Virus record (IMG/VR): IMGVR_UViG_3300047476_001238
Coordinates: 79,712 to 137,196 of that record
DNA: 57,485 nucleotides
DNA from: a virus
Taxonomy: Duplodnaviria > Heunggongvirae > Uroviricota > Caudoviricetes
Direction: 5' to 3' (one strand)
This document shows, piece by piece, positions 35,748-45,815 of the stretch. The translations under genes were made by a program, and so were the position numbers. Every line of letters begins with the position of its first letter. Position 1 is the stretch's first letter. The notes beneath the pieces were generated by a model. That model saw only the letters and a list, made by a program, of their open reading frames with translations, searched no databases and was not told the DNA's origin.

Positions 35748-36356
35748 TTACGCTGCTGCAATAATGTCTAACTGGGGCATGCTAAAATTGGCGGCAGTTC
35801 CTGCTCCGCCGCCACCGTCCCAATAATAGGTTCCATGTAAATTGCTATCGTCACTGGATCCGTAATTTCTTACCATCATGTATAATTTTTTTGAAGTAGA
35901 CCAAGTTGCTTGCCTGCCAGTATTAGTATTGTCAGCTCCGCCAATGTCTATTGTCCAGCTAAAAGTATATCTATCTTCTATATATCTGCCAGATCTATTG
36001 TGTCTAGCATATACTACTTCATTGTTGTCAATAAAAAATTTGTAATGATTGATTGCATGGTCGGTATCCCAGTATGTTGTAAAATGAAATCTGTAAGTCA
36101 CGGCGGTTGTTCCCGGCGGCGGTACATAATCTATTACTGACCCTCTTATTACTGCGTATGTTGTTGTAGTTGTTGCAGTGAGCAATTGCTGCGTGAACAC
36201 GCTTTGAAATTTGTATGTTCCCGAACCTACAGTGACCGAAGATCCGTCGCACACACCAGACAAGTATTCAATAATCCTACCTGGTCGTCTAGGATAGCCG
36301 TTAACCAGTAGATCTTGACCTGAAGAATTTTTGATGGTGTCAATCTTGGCACTCAT
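35748..36356 (-). CDS. Fibre-tip/adhesin-like paralogue A1 (start refined to 36356)
   Basis: ATGA overlap with B2; paralogue of A2. Confidence 0.65.
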   Translation of the reverse strand: MSAKIDTIKNSSGQDLLVNGYPRRPGRIIEYLSGVCDGSSVTVGSGTYKFQSVFTQQLLTATTTTTYAVIRGSVIDYVPPPGTTAVTYRFHFTTYWDTDHAINHYKFFIDNNEVVYARHNRSGRYIEDRYTFSWTIDIGGADNTNTGRQATWSTSKKLYMMVRNYGSSDDSNLHGTYYWDGGGGAGTAANFSMPQLDIIAAA

Positions 36357-36916
36357 TGTGCGATCTCCGTCAAATGCCACCCGTATTCCATGTATTGATC
36401 TACTAAGTAGTTGGTAGCAGTACTTGATATATTTCTGTAGCTTAATTTGTACACAATATTGCCCGCGACACCAGGCGTGTCAACGAATCTGACTTTTTGC
36501 TGTGCCCATCCGTTTGAATTGTAATTCCATCCGTATTGATATCTTGATCCTGCATTAGTAAATGGAGTTAAATTAACAAAACTAGATCCTCCATTATTAC
36601 TTCTATATAGCTGCAAAATGATTGCATTAGCAGCTCCGTATATCATTTGCGAATACCATTCGACTATAATTTTACTTGAGGCGTATTCTGGTGTGATCCA
36701 AATTTTTAATCCTAAATCAGTTTCGGTCAATGATGTAATAGTCAATGCAGAAGTAGTAGAAGCATTAGAATTGACCTGTTGAACAATTTCTCCCACCCTA
36801 GGCGGTGACATAAACACATTGGCGCTAGTGCCAAGCATTTTGTTGCCTGTAGGTATGACTATAGTGCCACTTTGACTATACGATGCGATACTGTCTGTTC
36901 TAAGAATGCCGGGCAT
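36353..36916 (-). CDS. Fibre-tip/adhesin-like paralogue B2
   Basis: PPRVG.IVQ, ITP.YA.SKI and QYMEYGW.LTEI shared with B1. Confidence 0.65.
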   Translation of the reverse strand: MPGILRTDSIASYSQSGTIVIPTGNKMLGTSANVFMSPPRVGEIVQQVNSNASTTSALTITSLTETDLGLKIWITPEYASSKIIVEWYSQMIYGAANAIILQLYRSNNGGSSFVNLTPFTNAGSRYQYGWNYNSNGWAQQKVRFVDTPGVAGNIVYKLSYRNISSTATNYLVDQYMEYGWHLTEIAQ

Positions 36917-37473
36917 TAGGCGTATATCTCCGTTAATGTCCAGCCGTATTCCATATACTGGTGTGTGAAATAATTAGTTGTTGTTCCTGCCCAATTTCTG
37001 TAATTCACCCTATAGGTCACTGTAGATGTTGTGTTTGGCGAATCTAGATATGTATGGACTGCTGAATTCCAATTGGATTGTATATAACTCCACCCGTATG
37101 CGTATCTAGACGCTGCGCCAGTTAGGGGTGTCAACACATTGTACCCGGCGCCGCCAATATCCCTATATAATAGTAAACACATTGGGTTCCCGGATGCTCC
37201 ATATTGCATAGTGGACCACGACTCTACTCGAATCTTACTAGTGGCATATCTGGGTGTGATACTTGCAGTTAGGGGTGCGGCCACCTCTCCAGTGGAGGCT
37301 ACACTCAAATGTGAGATTGGCATGGCATTGGCTGTGACCATTTGAACTATGCCGCCAACTCTTGGAGGTCCGTCGAACGTGCCCGGATCTGTCCCTACAA
37401 ATCTAGTGTTAGCAGGAATAACAATATTGCCAGTTCCAGCTGATGCTGTAATTTGATCTACTCGTAATGTCAT
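36916..37473 (-). CDS. Fibre-tip/adhesin-like paralogue B1
   Basis: TAATG coupling to B2. Confidence 0.65.
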   Translation of the reverse strand: MTLRVDQITASAGTGNIVIPANTRFVGTDPGTFDGPPRVGGIVQMVTANAMPISHLSVASTGEVAAPLTASITPRYATSKIRVESWSTMQYGASGNPMCLLLYRDIGGAGYNVLTPLTGAASRYAYGWSYIQSNWNSAVHTYLDSPNTTSTVTYRVNYRNWAGTTTNYFTHQYMEYGWTLTEIYA

Positions 37474-38051
37474 TGTGCAATCTCCCAGGCCATACTTATA
37501 CTTGAGCCATTTTCATAATTGGTAGTCCCAAGACTGCCCGCTGTTCGATTCAAGAACCAGGTATAACTAGTTCCTGCTGTATTCTGCACTCCCGGGGCGT
37601 AGGTAATCAAATCTGTTGTTTTAGGAAAATCAAAGTATCTCATGGTTGATGTGAATGGTGTGCTGTTATAATCTGTTTCGTATGGCAGCGGCATGGCATA
37701 GCCTGACCAGAATTGTCTTCCGGCTTGATTATTAAAGCCAGCATACGGACCATCAGGGACGGCACCGTTTTTAAAAATAGTCATTACATAATCGTGTGTG
37801 CTAGCACCTTCGCCAAATACCTGAAATGTACACATTATCATGCTATTAGATCTTTTTGGTCTGATGCTGACTCTTAAATCTGTCATTTCTACACCACCTA
37901 AGCTATTTCCGGTTGTGTAAGTTGTTGGCGCATCATACCGCGTGATTACACATTGTATAACTGAGCCAGGGCTTATTATAGAATGGCCGCCGGGCATGAC
38001 TATTGTGTTGCCAGATAAGGCTTTGATATTTCCTACTGTTAATACGGTCAC
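37470..38051 (-). CDS. Fibre-tip/adhesin-like paralogue C2 (GTG start at 38051)
   Basis: GTGA overlap with C1; PGS.IQC..TRYD...LNRT...ENG...AWEIAQ shared with C1. Confidence 0.65.
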   Translation of the reverse strand: MTVLTVGNIKALSGNTIVMPGGHSIISPGSVIQCVITRYDAPTTYTTGNSLGGVEMTDLRVSIRPKRSNSMIMCTFQVFGEGASTHDYVMTIFKNGAVPDGPYAGFNNQAGRQFWSGYAMPLPYETDYNSTPFTSTMRYFDFPKTTDLITYAPGVQNTAGTSYTWFLNRTAGSLGTTNYENGSSISMAWEIAQ

Positions 38052-38635
38052 TGTGCTATTTCCCAAGCAATGCTTACACTTACACCGTTTTCTTGATTAG
38101 TAGTGCCAGTGCTGCTAACTGTTCTATTCAAATACCAAACATAACTAGTGGCCGCCGATACCTTGACTCCAGGTGCGTAAGTAATGGCACTAGTGACTCC
38201 AGGAAAATCATAATACATAAAATTTTGTGTAAATGGTGTGGAGCTGTAATCACCTTCGTACGGCAATGCCATTGCAATACCAGACCAGTGATTATCGCCG
38301 GCTGCTGTGTTATAACCAGCATATGTTCCTGCAGGCACTGTACCGTTTTTAAATACTCTGAATATATAATTGTGGTCCGATGCGCCTTCGCCATGCACTT
38401 GAAACTGGCACACAATTAAACTATTGGCTCGCTTTGGTGTGATACTTACTCGCAAGTCTGTCAATTCCACGCCATTTAAGCCAGTACCAGTAGTGTATGT
38501 AGTTTGTGTGTCGTACCTTGTGACTTTACATTGTATTATAGATCCAGGATTAATTAGTGTATGCCCATTGGTCACAAGAATTTGATTGTTGTTAGACACT
38601 GTGCCTGACAGTCCGCTAACTGTTAGATTACTCAT
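38048..38635 (-). CDS. Fibre-tip/adhesin-like paralogue C1 (start refined to 38635)
   Basis: Starts 1 nt after the upstream stop; paralogue of C2. Confidence 0.65.
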   Translation of the reverse strand: MSNLTVSGLSGTVSNNNQILVTNGHTLINPGSIIQCKVTRYDTQTTYTTGTGLNGVELTDLRVSITPKRANSLIVCQFQVHGEGASDHNYIFRVFKNGTVPAGTYAGYNTAAGDNHWSGIAMALPYEGDYSSTPFTQNFMYYDFPGVTSAITYAPGVKVSAATSYVWYLNRTVSSTGTTNQENGVSVSIAWEIAQ

Positions 38636-38636
38636 A

Positions 38637-39482
38637 TTATACAATACTCCATTCGCCGCCGTCGGCAATTACTACTTCAACTCCATCGGCTATTGTCATT
38701 GGGCCAACACTCATAGCATTTTCTGTGGCAGCAATTGTCACATTTGCTGAGATAGTTCTTGTGTTATAATAAAATTGTCCAGTATTGTTTACTCTTGCTG
38801 CTGTAAGATTATTAGTTGTACTGATATTTCCGCTGGTGCTAATATTTCCAGTAGTACTAATAAGTCCAGAAGTGTTAATATTTCCAGCTACTCCTATACC
38901 GCCAGCGACAACCAATGCACCTGTAGTTGTGGATGTTGACGGAATTGGGGACGCAGCAACTATGTTTCCGGCTGCTATTACTTCTCCAGCAATACCCACG
39001 CCACCTCGAACTACCAATGCTCCTGTGTCTGTTGACGTAGAAGCAGTAGTGGCTCCAATGACAGTATTACCGCGAACTGTAGTTGATAGTGCCACGCTAC
39101 CATCTCTAGCAATTAAATGCAGCATTGGTACTGCATTGTCAAACACTGATCTAGCAGTTGAATCAATTACCACACCATTTCCAGAATTGCCCACTGATGC
39201 AGACACATACATTGTGCCGGTGGTACCAGCACCGTTGTTATTAACATACATCCGATAACCATTGCCGTTTGTTGTACCGGCAAAAATATTTCCAGTGGTG
39301 GTTATCCCTCCGGATGTTGTTAAAGAATCACTACCAGAATTAGTCAATACCAATTTGTCAAAAGTTAAGGTAGCTGATGCATTAGATGTTCTTACCCAAG
39401 CGTCTTTTGTTGAGTTATAGGTGTAAACAACATTGTTTACAATGGCCTGTTGACCGTTTGTTGGGTTAGTTGGAAAAGACAT
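38637..39482 (-). CDS. Tail fibre/fibre connector protein
   Basis: Two TGALVV.GG.G shaft repeats; C-terminal SVGPMTIADGVEVVIADGGEWSIV. Confidence 0.7.
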   Translation of the reverse strand: MSFPTNPTNGQQAIVNNVVYTYNSTKDAWVRTSNASATLTFDKLVLTNSGSDSLTTSGGITTTGNIFAGTTNGNGYRMYVNNNGAGTTGTMYVSASVGNSGNGVVIDSTARSVFDNAVPMLHLIARDGSVALSTTVRGNTVIGATTASTSTDTGALVVRGGVGIAGEVIAAGNIVAASPIPSTSTTTGALVVAGGIGVAGNINTSGLISTTGNISTSGNISTTNNLTAARVNNTGQFYYNTRTISANVTIAATENAMSVGPMTIADGVEVVIADGGEWSIV

Positions 39483-41506
39483 TAAAATCTCCCTACCACA
39501 ACTTCAATTATTTTCAATTCGTTGTCCTTTATATCTTCAAGGCTCTTGCCTATTACACAACCTGGAGTATACTTTAAAATATTTAATCGTTCGGCTGCTC
39601 CTGACGTTGAACTTGATACCAACAGATCGCCTTTGGTCACTGGTCCAAGAACTTGGCACGGAACTCTTCCTGTAAGTGCAACTGGCAACCCGTTAGCAGT
39701 TGAATTCATTATATAAGCCGGATTGGTAGAAATCACCCCAGCTATTCTTGAATCATGATCTACGGTAGAAATAGTAATTTCTTTTGCTCCGCCAAATACC
39801 ACAACTGTACCAGCAGCGTAGTTGCTGTCTGATTCATAAATCTCGGCCAAGTCAGCATATTGTGCTGACGTTGCTCTAGCAAAAATTGTATTAAACGATG
39901 CACCCGATGATCCAATATTACCAACGCCGTTGGTTCCACCATTGGCAATGGCTATTGTTTGCCCATCTGAATTGACCGAAAGCAGTCTTGTAGTGCTTAA
40001 TGTGTTGGCTGTTAACCCTCTTGTAATTGCTGCATTACTGTTGATTACGAGATTTCCTGCTGTCAGAGTCTGATTTACTATTATGGTGTTGGCTACTAAA
40101 ACATTGGCCACGTTTGCTGCGGCTGAACCAGTATCTACCCAAAGACTACTTGTTCCATCTGATATTCTAGAAAATAAAATGTCTGTATCAGTGTCGTACC
40201 AATAATCACCAAGTCTAGGCGAACTAGGTGCAGTACTTGCTGCTGTAAATTTTATACCAGTAAAGGGTTCGTTGTTTGCTGACCAGAATACCCCTGATCC
40301 TGTATAAAGACTACCCACAGTTGTGTTTCCGGCGATATTGGCCGATGGAGGATTAAATTCTACATTTGAACCTAAATTAACTGTAGTACCACCGCTAGTG
40401 AAAGACCATCGACCGGACGAGTCTACACTCATTGACTCTGGTCCAAGATAGATTGTATTACCGCTTAACCAAAGATCCTTCCATCTTAGATTGCTTGAAC
40501 CCAAGCTATAGGTGACATTTGCATCTGGAATTACGTGACCTTGCACTCTTACATTACCGCTGCTTGGTATAATATTGCTGTCAATGGTTAACGATCCAAT
40601 TCTTAGTGGATCGTATACTAATCCTGGGTCAGACCAATTTATTGTAGCACCTGGCTCCGAAGTCACATTACTAAACAGGTTCCATTGATTTGTAGTGTAA
40701 TCTCGAACAAGGCCGGTATGTTGATAAACGTTTGCGCTGCCGCCAACGAAGTGGCTAAAAAATCCAATATCGTATATGTACGGATAAGCAACGTTGGCAT
40801 TTAAATACAATAAAGGATCTTGTACATTTAATGTATGCGATGCAATTGACAGCAGATTCGAAGCAAATATGTTTCCAGTGACAAAAAGATTTCCAACTAT
40901 GCCGGCTCCACCTTTAACAACCAGAGCACCTGTAGTTGACGAAATAGATTCTGTAATTGAATTAATAACCACATTACTAGTAGTCGAATTACCTAGTATA
41001 ACGTTTCCAGTGGCAATAACATTACCAGTTTCAGCGTAATAGTTAAAATCAGCTGCGCCAGCAAATGCGCCTGAACTGTTGTACTGAACATTTCTATTGG
41101 CTCCTGCAACACCACCTGCTGCACCTGCAGAATCAACAAAAGTTAAATTAGTGGTACCAAGCGTAATAGGATTGCCTGTAGTCAAGCGCCAGGCTTTTCC
41201 AACATAAGTTCCGTCCTCGATTGTGGTAGTTAAACCAGGCGTGACTCGATCGCTAGAATTGGCGTCAAAACTGCGGACCCAAGTTCCGTTGCTTCCTGCA
41301 CCCAGCGTTTGCACTATGTAAATACCGTTCTGACTTGCTGTGCTCTGTCCTGCTACCAAAATACGGTCACCTGCTGCTAAACTTACGCCGTCGTATGTGT
41401 TTGGTGCGCCACCACTTAAGGTAATATTTGTTGTGGTTACAATTCTACAGCTAGCTTTGTAGTCAGTGTCAACAATGTTGCTGTATTTTGGTCTAGTTAA
41501 TGCCAT
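39482..41506 (-). CDS. Tail fibre with C-terminal Peptidase_G2-like intramolecular chaperone
   Basis: YADLAE...GTVVVFGG...GVISTNPA...VALTGRVPC...KGDLLV...IGK. Confidence 0.8.
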   Translation of the reverse strand: MALTRPKYSNIVDTDYKASCRIVTTTNITLSGGAPNTYDGVSLAAGDRILVAGQSTASQNGIYIVQTLGAGSNGTWVRSFDANSSDRVTPGLTTTIEDGTYVGKAWRLTTGNPITLGTTNLTFVDSAGAAGGVAGANRNVQYNSSGAFAGAADFNYYAETGNVIATGNVILGNSTTSNVVINSITESISSTTGALVVKGGAGIVGNLFVTGNIFASNLLSIASHTLNVQDPLLYLNANVAYPYIYDIGFFSHFVGGSANVYQHTGLVRDYTTNQWNLFSNVTSEPGATINWSDPGLVYDPLRIGSLTIDSNIIPSSGNVRVQGHVIPDANVTYSLGSSNLRWKDLWLSGNTIYLGPESMSVDSSGRWSFTSGGTTVNLGSNVEFNPPSANIAGNTTVGSLYTGSGVFWSANNEPFTGIKFTAASTAPSSPRLGDYWYDTDTDILFSRISDGTSSLWVDTGSAAANVANVLVANTIIVNQTLTAGNLVINSNAAITRGLTANTLSTTRLLSVNSDGQTIAIANGGTNGVGNIGSSGASFNTIFARATSAQYADLAEIYESDSNYAAGTVVVFGGAKEITISTVDHDSRIAGVISTNPAYIMNSTANGLPVALTGRVPCQVLGPVTKGDLLVSSSTSGAAERLNILKYTPGCVIGKSLEDIKDNELKIIEVVVGRF

Positions 41507-41537
41507 CGTTTCATCCGTTATGCAATATTTAGCCGTA

Positions 41538-41559
41538 AATAAAGGGCCTTGCGGCCCTT
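41538..41559 (-). terminator. Rho-independent terminator
   Basis: AAGGGCC-GCAA-GGCCCTT followed by TATTT. Confidence 0.8.
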
Positions 41560-41582
41560 ATATTTTTTAGTTTGTAGTGTTT

Positions 41583-42101
41583 TTATAAACGCCCTACTAC
41601 TACTTCAATTGTACCAGATTCACCGTTAAAGTTTTCTAAAGCTTTTCCGATAACTGACCCAACTGTTGGGCTACTACAAGCACTAGCAAAGCCACCGCCT
41701 GCAGAAACAAGCATATCGCCTTTTTCTACTGGGCCTAATACTTGGCAAGGGACTCGCCCAATAAGTGCGACCGCGGTGATATGACTACCTGTTAAACTAT
41801 CGTTCATTAAGTAAGCAGGATTAGTAGATACTACGCCAGCCACTCGTGTTGTACCGGGGCTGGCTTGTGTAATTTCTTCTGTTCCACCAAACTGTACAAC
41901 AGTACCAGGACCATACAGCTGATCAGCTGTATACATTTCAGCCAAGTCAGCGTACAAGGCATTGTGCGACACACCATAGATAGTAGCAAACCTAAAAGTT
42001 AAATTTCCTAAATATACGTTTGCATTTGCCTGGGGTTGTACATTCCCATTAAATCTAATAGGATTTCCGCCCCCAGTTGTTTCTATTCTTTGTAATGCCA
42101 T
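41583..42101 (-). CDS. Nearly stand-alone Peptidase_G2-like intramolecular chaperone protein
   Basis: About 45-aa N-terminus, then YADLAEMY...ALIGRVPC...IGKALE; paralogue of the preceding fibre's C-terminus. Confidence 0.75.
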   Translation of the reverse strand: MALQRIETTGGGNPIRFNGNVQPQANANVYLGNLTFRFATIYGVSHNALYADLAEMYTADQLYGPGTVVQFGGTEEITQASPGTTRVAGVVSTNPAYLMNDSLTGSHITAVALIGRVPCQVLGPVEKGDMLVSAGGGFASACSSPTVGSVIGKALENFNGESGTIEVVVGRL

Positions 42102-42116
42102 AATTTCTTTTCCTTT

Positions 42117-44696
42117 TTATGCCTGGTTTTCTTGCCAACGCAAACTTGCTCTAGCAGTGTACGCAACGTTGGCGTTTAACGGTTGCACCACAATACTCAA
42201 TGTATCTGGGCCGTTAGGATATGTTTCAAATCCTCCCAAAATACCATTGTTTAATTCTTTAATCTTGCTTAGGTCAAAACTTGTGACACCAAAGTTAACA
42301 CCAGTTGTGATTGGTTGACCAAAGTAGTTAAAATAGGTTTGACGAGCCGGTGCTGGTTGTGTGTATGCTTGGAACACTACTTCTCCGCCGGTCACTACAG
42401 TAGCAGCATCATCATATTGTGTTAGGCTATTACCTCCCACATTCTGCCAATTTGGACTCGGACTGCTCAATGTACCATTTAAAATGACGCTGACAATAAC
42501 CGAGTCGGTTGAAGCTACGTCGCAACCTAGTGGCCATAGCTGCATGCGGTTTGTAAGATCGCGAACACCATATCCGGCTGCAATACCGTTATCAGCAGTT
42601 GGAGCCAGTCTGATGTTTAACAAGCAATACGGATTGCCGGTGTTAACACTATTAAGTGTGCCTGCTCTAGAGAATGTATAACCTCTATCTTCATCAAACC
42701 TACCATCCATTATCAATGATGTACCCCAATGGAACAGGGTCGGAGCGTATGAAGGTGTACCCACGTTAACAACTTCGTATCTAATGGGCAAATTACCTGC
42801 TCTAAAATAAGCTTCAATCTTGTTGTTGCCGTGTACAAATTTATGTAAGTACGTTATTTCACCGTCTTGATCTTTGACACCAAAACGAATTGTACCAGCG
42901 CCGTACCATGCATAGTCAATGTACCACATCAGGATCTTGTTGATGTCTAGTTGGAAGCCAGATAAACCAGTTCCATCTGCTTTGTCAATGTTGAATCCTG
43001 ATTGCGGAATACGTGCATCTACTGTGACGCTGATTCGTACACCAGACAAAGTTGTGATGGTAGGATCTGCACGATAAGCAGGTACCACTTCCATGCTGGT
43101 GTCGCTGTTAATTTGTGCCACTTTGTAGCTTTGACCTTTGATAACCACTCGGCTACCAACCGAGAATTCAGTCTGGAATTGCGTACCCGAACCTGATATC
43201 AATCCGGAACCGTTGGTCACAGTGACAGTACCTGTTCCTTGTCTAACTGAACTACGTCTTACTGCCCAAAGTGTACCACCATCCCACTCAAAAAATGCTC
43301 CGTTCTGATCATCAAATACACCGGCACGGTTAGCAATACTGCTAGTAGGCTGTGCTGGGTTATTGAACGCAACAGCGAACGACACCTGAACGCCTTTACC
43401 TGATTGGTAGCGGAAATACTTACGACTCTGTCTAATAATACGTGCATTAGGTTGTGTATCATTGGTAGTCATTACAATGCCACCATCTTGTGGCTGAGCA
43501 TAAGCAATACCTTGTGGCCTTACATACACATTACCTGCTGCCGATGAACCGGCAGTTGGCGAGCTGGTGATTGTATATTCAAATGCTCTACTGTTAGATT
43601 GTGTAGCAATTGTGTGTGCTCCGTTTACTGCTGCGGTAGCAAAATTAACTACAGAAATTGTGTTATTGACTTCTAGACCGTGAGCAGTCTGAGAGATAAC
43701 TTGTACTGTAGTATTACCAAAAGTTTTTACTGCTGTAATTGCAATATTTGCACCAGTGAAGAATGCACCTGGTATAATTGCCACTCCGTTCTGTAATATT
43801 GATCCTGCAGTGACAGTGCCTAATCCTGTGTATCTAAACGACGTTGCCCCTGTATTTGATACCAAGAATTGACCGTTTGCCTGTTCGTCTGTAGTACCAA
43901 CCACCTGAATTGGTTGCCCGTCTGTAAGTCCGTGTGCTGTAGCCGTGGTCACTGAAACAATTGATGTACCGTTTCCTTGCATGGTTGCAACGTTTGCAGT
44001 CAATGTTGCATCTGTGTTGCGCCCATAACTGGCAAATTGATTGTTGATCAATGATAGGGTTTGCCATTTGGTTGGTTGAGGTCCGTATTCAAAGTCTGTG
44101 TCAATTAACGACTGTGGAGTTGACACTCTTAATTTGCCAACTGGATCTACCAAGAAATCTCTAAACGAAACCAATGGAGCAGGTTCCGCATCGGTGATAA
44201 TCAATAATTTATCATCAGCACTGTATGCTGATGTATCAACAGGAATATTACTTAATCTAGTCACATAACTAGCGTCAGTGTAAGTCAAACTTACATTGGT
44301 TCCAGTGGCTGTAGCTGGTACGTCTAGGAAAATTGTGCTAACACCATCAGTGTAATCCACAACATTGCCCTGCAAAGGCATGCCTGTGCCAGAAATTCTC
44401 CAACCTTGTCCCACGCCGCCGTTGTTGTATTTTAATGCACTGTATTGACCACCGGTCATTGCAATTGCGGTTGATCCCGAAACAGTGTTTCCTGCTACCG
44501 AATAGCTTCGCTGTACATAACTAAAAACCACATTGTTAAATGTAGAATCGTTAAACGAGTACAGTGTAGTTTTACTCGGTACGTGAATGATTAACAGTAT
44601 TTGTTCTGGTGTAGCTTTTTCTGGTAGTGTTACAACGGTATTGCCCGAAGTACCTGGAGTAAATTGATACCCGCTGGTGTAAGTTTTCTTTGCCAT
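42117..44696 (-). CDS. 859-aa fibre/baseplate-associated structural protein
   Basis: DFEYG, two T.TAHGL modules, lectin-like C-terminal half; own TAAATA box 44724-44729. Confidence 0.65.
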   Translation of the reverse strand: MAKKTYTSGYQFTPGTSGNTVVTLPEKATPEQILLIIHVPSKTTLYSFNDSTFNNVVFSYVQRSYSVAGNTVSGSTAIAMTGGQYSALKYNNGGVGQGWRISGTGMPLQGNVVDYTDGVSTIFLDVPATATGTNVSLTYTDASYVTRLSNIPVDTSAYSADDKLLIITDAEPAPLVSFRDFLVDPVGKLRVSTPQSLIDTDFEYGPQPTKWQTLSLINNQFASYGRNTDATLTANVATMQGNGTSIVSVTTATAHGLTDGQPIQVVGTTDEQANGQFLVSNTGATSFRYTGLGTVTAGSILQNGVAIIPGAFFTGANIAITAVKTFGNTTVQVISQTAHGLEVNNTISVVNFATAAVNGAHTIATQSNSRAFEYTITSSPTAGSSAAGNVYVRPQGIAYAQPQDGGIVMTTNDTQPNARIIRQSRKYFRYQSGKGVQVSFAVAFNNPAQPTSSIANRAGVFDDQNGAFFEWDGGTLWAVRRSSVRQGTGTVTVTNGSGLISGSGTQFQTEFSVGSRVVIKGQSYKVAQINSDTSMEVVPAYRADPTITTLSGVRISVTVDARIPQSGFNIDKADGTGLSGFQLDINKILMWYIDYAWYGAGTIRFGVKDQDGEITYLHKFVHGNNKIEAYFRAGNLPIRYEVVNVGTPSYAPTLFHWGTSLIMDGRFDEDRGYTFSRAGTLNSVNTGNPYCLLNIRLAPTADNGIAAGYGVRDLTNRMQLWPLGCDVASTDSVIVSVILNGTLSSPSPNWQNVGGNSLTQYDDAATVVTGGEVVFQAYTQPAPARQTYFNYFGQPITTGVNFGVTSFDLSKIKELNNGILGGFETYPNGPDTLSIVVQPLNANVAYTARASLRWQENQA

Positions 44697-44735
44697 ATGT
44701 TCAAAAATCCTTTTCCTATGTTATATTTATTAAAT

Positions 44736-45785
44736 TTAAAGTCCGCCAAAAACTACCGCATACTTAATTGCAGTCTCAGTCACTGACGCTTCAGATGACG
44801 ATGTAGCAGCTACCCATTTACCTTGAGCGGAGTTATATTGTAAGAATTGTCCGTTTGTAGGAGATGTGGTAAAATTAATGTCCCCTAGTGTTCCTAATAA
44901 TTGTGCGCCGGCGCCGGCTAATATCTTGACCTCTGCCCTGGTGCCGGTAGGAATGGCTTCAGAAAACGTAATTTGATTGCCAGAAATAGTATATGTATCT
45001 TTTGGTTGATAGATACCGTTCCACCAAACAGATACTTGGTCTGCGTCAGCGGGTGTGTATGGTAAATTAAATGGACCAACTGTGCCACCACCAGTTAGTG
45101 TGGCTGTTAGCATACCATTACCAGACGATGTAGAAACCAATTGACCTTGCTGATAAATGTTTCCACCTACATACAAATTACCGCTTTGAACTACCACATT
45201 ACTACTGGCAGTAATTAACTTGTCCGATGCAACTACTAAATTTGCTGCTGCTGAACCTGGATCACTGTCTACTGTGTTAATCCAGGTAAATTTTGCTTCT
45301 GTAGTGGTGCGTACCTCAGCAAACCCTTTACCAACATCTGCTGCCACCCTTACGTATACGTCCCAACTTGTGCCCGTACCTACTCCTGATACAGACTTTA
45401 CTTTCATGTCTGTTATAGATTGCTTATGTCCTAGACTATAGAATCTACTTTCTATATTAGGAGAGCCGCCTGACAAGAATCTGACTACAAGAAAATCTTT
45501 ACTATCACTTTCGCCAGCAAAACCTGCACCTGCTGTGATAATAATCTCAAGTGCTTCGCCCGCACCAGCACCACTGTTAACACTAAATGTGCCTAACTTA
45601 TACCAAGCAGGTGCTCCTAGATTGTCAGGCAATTGCATTACATATTTTGTCACTGCAATTTGCTGAATACTTGCCGAGTTCGTGCTAGTTAAATTACCCG
45701 TAGTAATAATGTCGCTGTTGGCTGCGAATATTTTAACACCACCAACTTCAAGACCATTATGTACTATAAAATTTTTATTTGCCAT
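44736..45785 (-). CDS. Fibre-related structural protein
   Basis: MANKNFIVHNGL; NG.YQ...Y.ISG..ITF.EA module; C-terminal AIKYAVVFG. Confidence 0.65.
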   Translation of the reverse strand: MANKNFIVHNGLEVGGVKIFAANSDIITTGNLTSTNSASIQQIAVTKYVMQLPDNLGAPAWYKLGTFSVNSGAGAGEALEIIITAGAGFAGESDSKDFLVVRFLSGGSPNIESRFYSLGHKQSITDMKVKSVSGVGTGTSWDVYVRVAADVGKGFAEVRTTTEAKFTWINTVDSDPGSAAANLVVASDKLITASSNVVVQSGNLYVGGNIYQQGQLVSTSSGNGMLTATLTGGGTVGPFNLPYTPADADQVSVWWNGIYQPKDTYTISGNQITFSEAIPTGTRAEVKILAGAGAQLLGTLGDINFTTSPTNGQFLQYNSAQGKWVAATSSSEASVTETAIKYAVVFGGL

Positions 45786-45815
45786 GGTTCCATGTTCCCC
45801 TATGTATTATTTTTA

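Noticed and set aside
35135-38635. Diversity-generating retroelement acting on the paired adhesin-like genes
   Set aside because: No reverse transcriptase, no near-identical non-coding template repeat, and pair differences are spread across the genes rather than confined to adenines. An element outside the window cannot be excluded.
9060-38668. Longest-ORF starts for several genes (9095, 11049, 12131, 21183, 26898, 28383, 30588, 36380, 38066, 38668)
   Set aside because: Downstream starts fit SD sequences, promoter boxes or stop/start coupling better and remove long overlaps.
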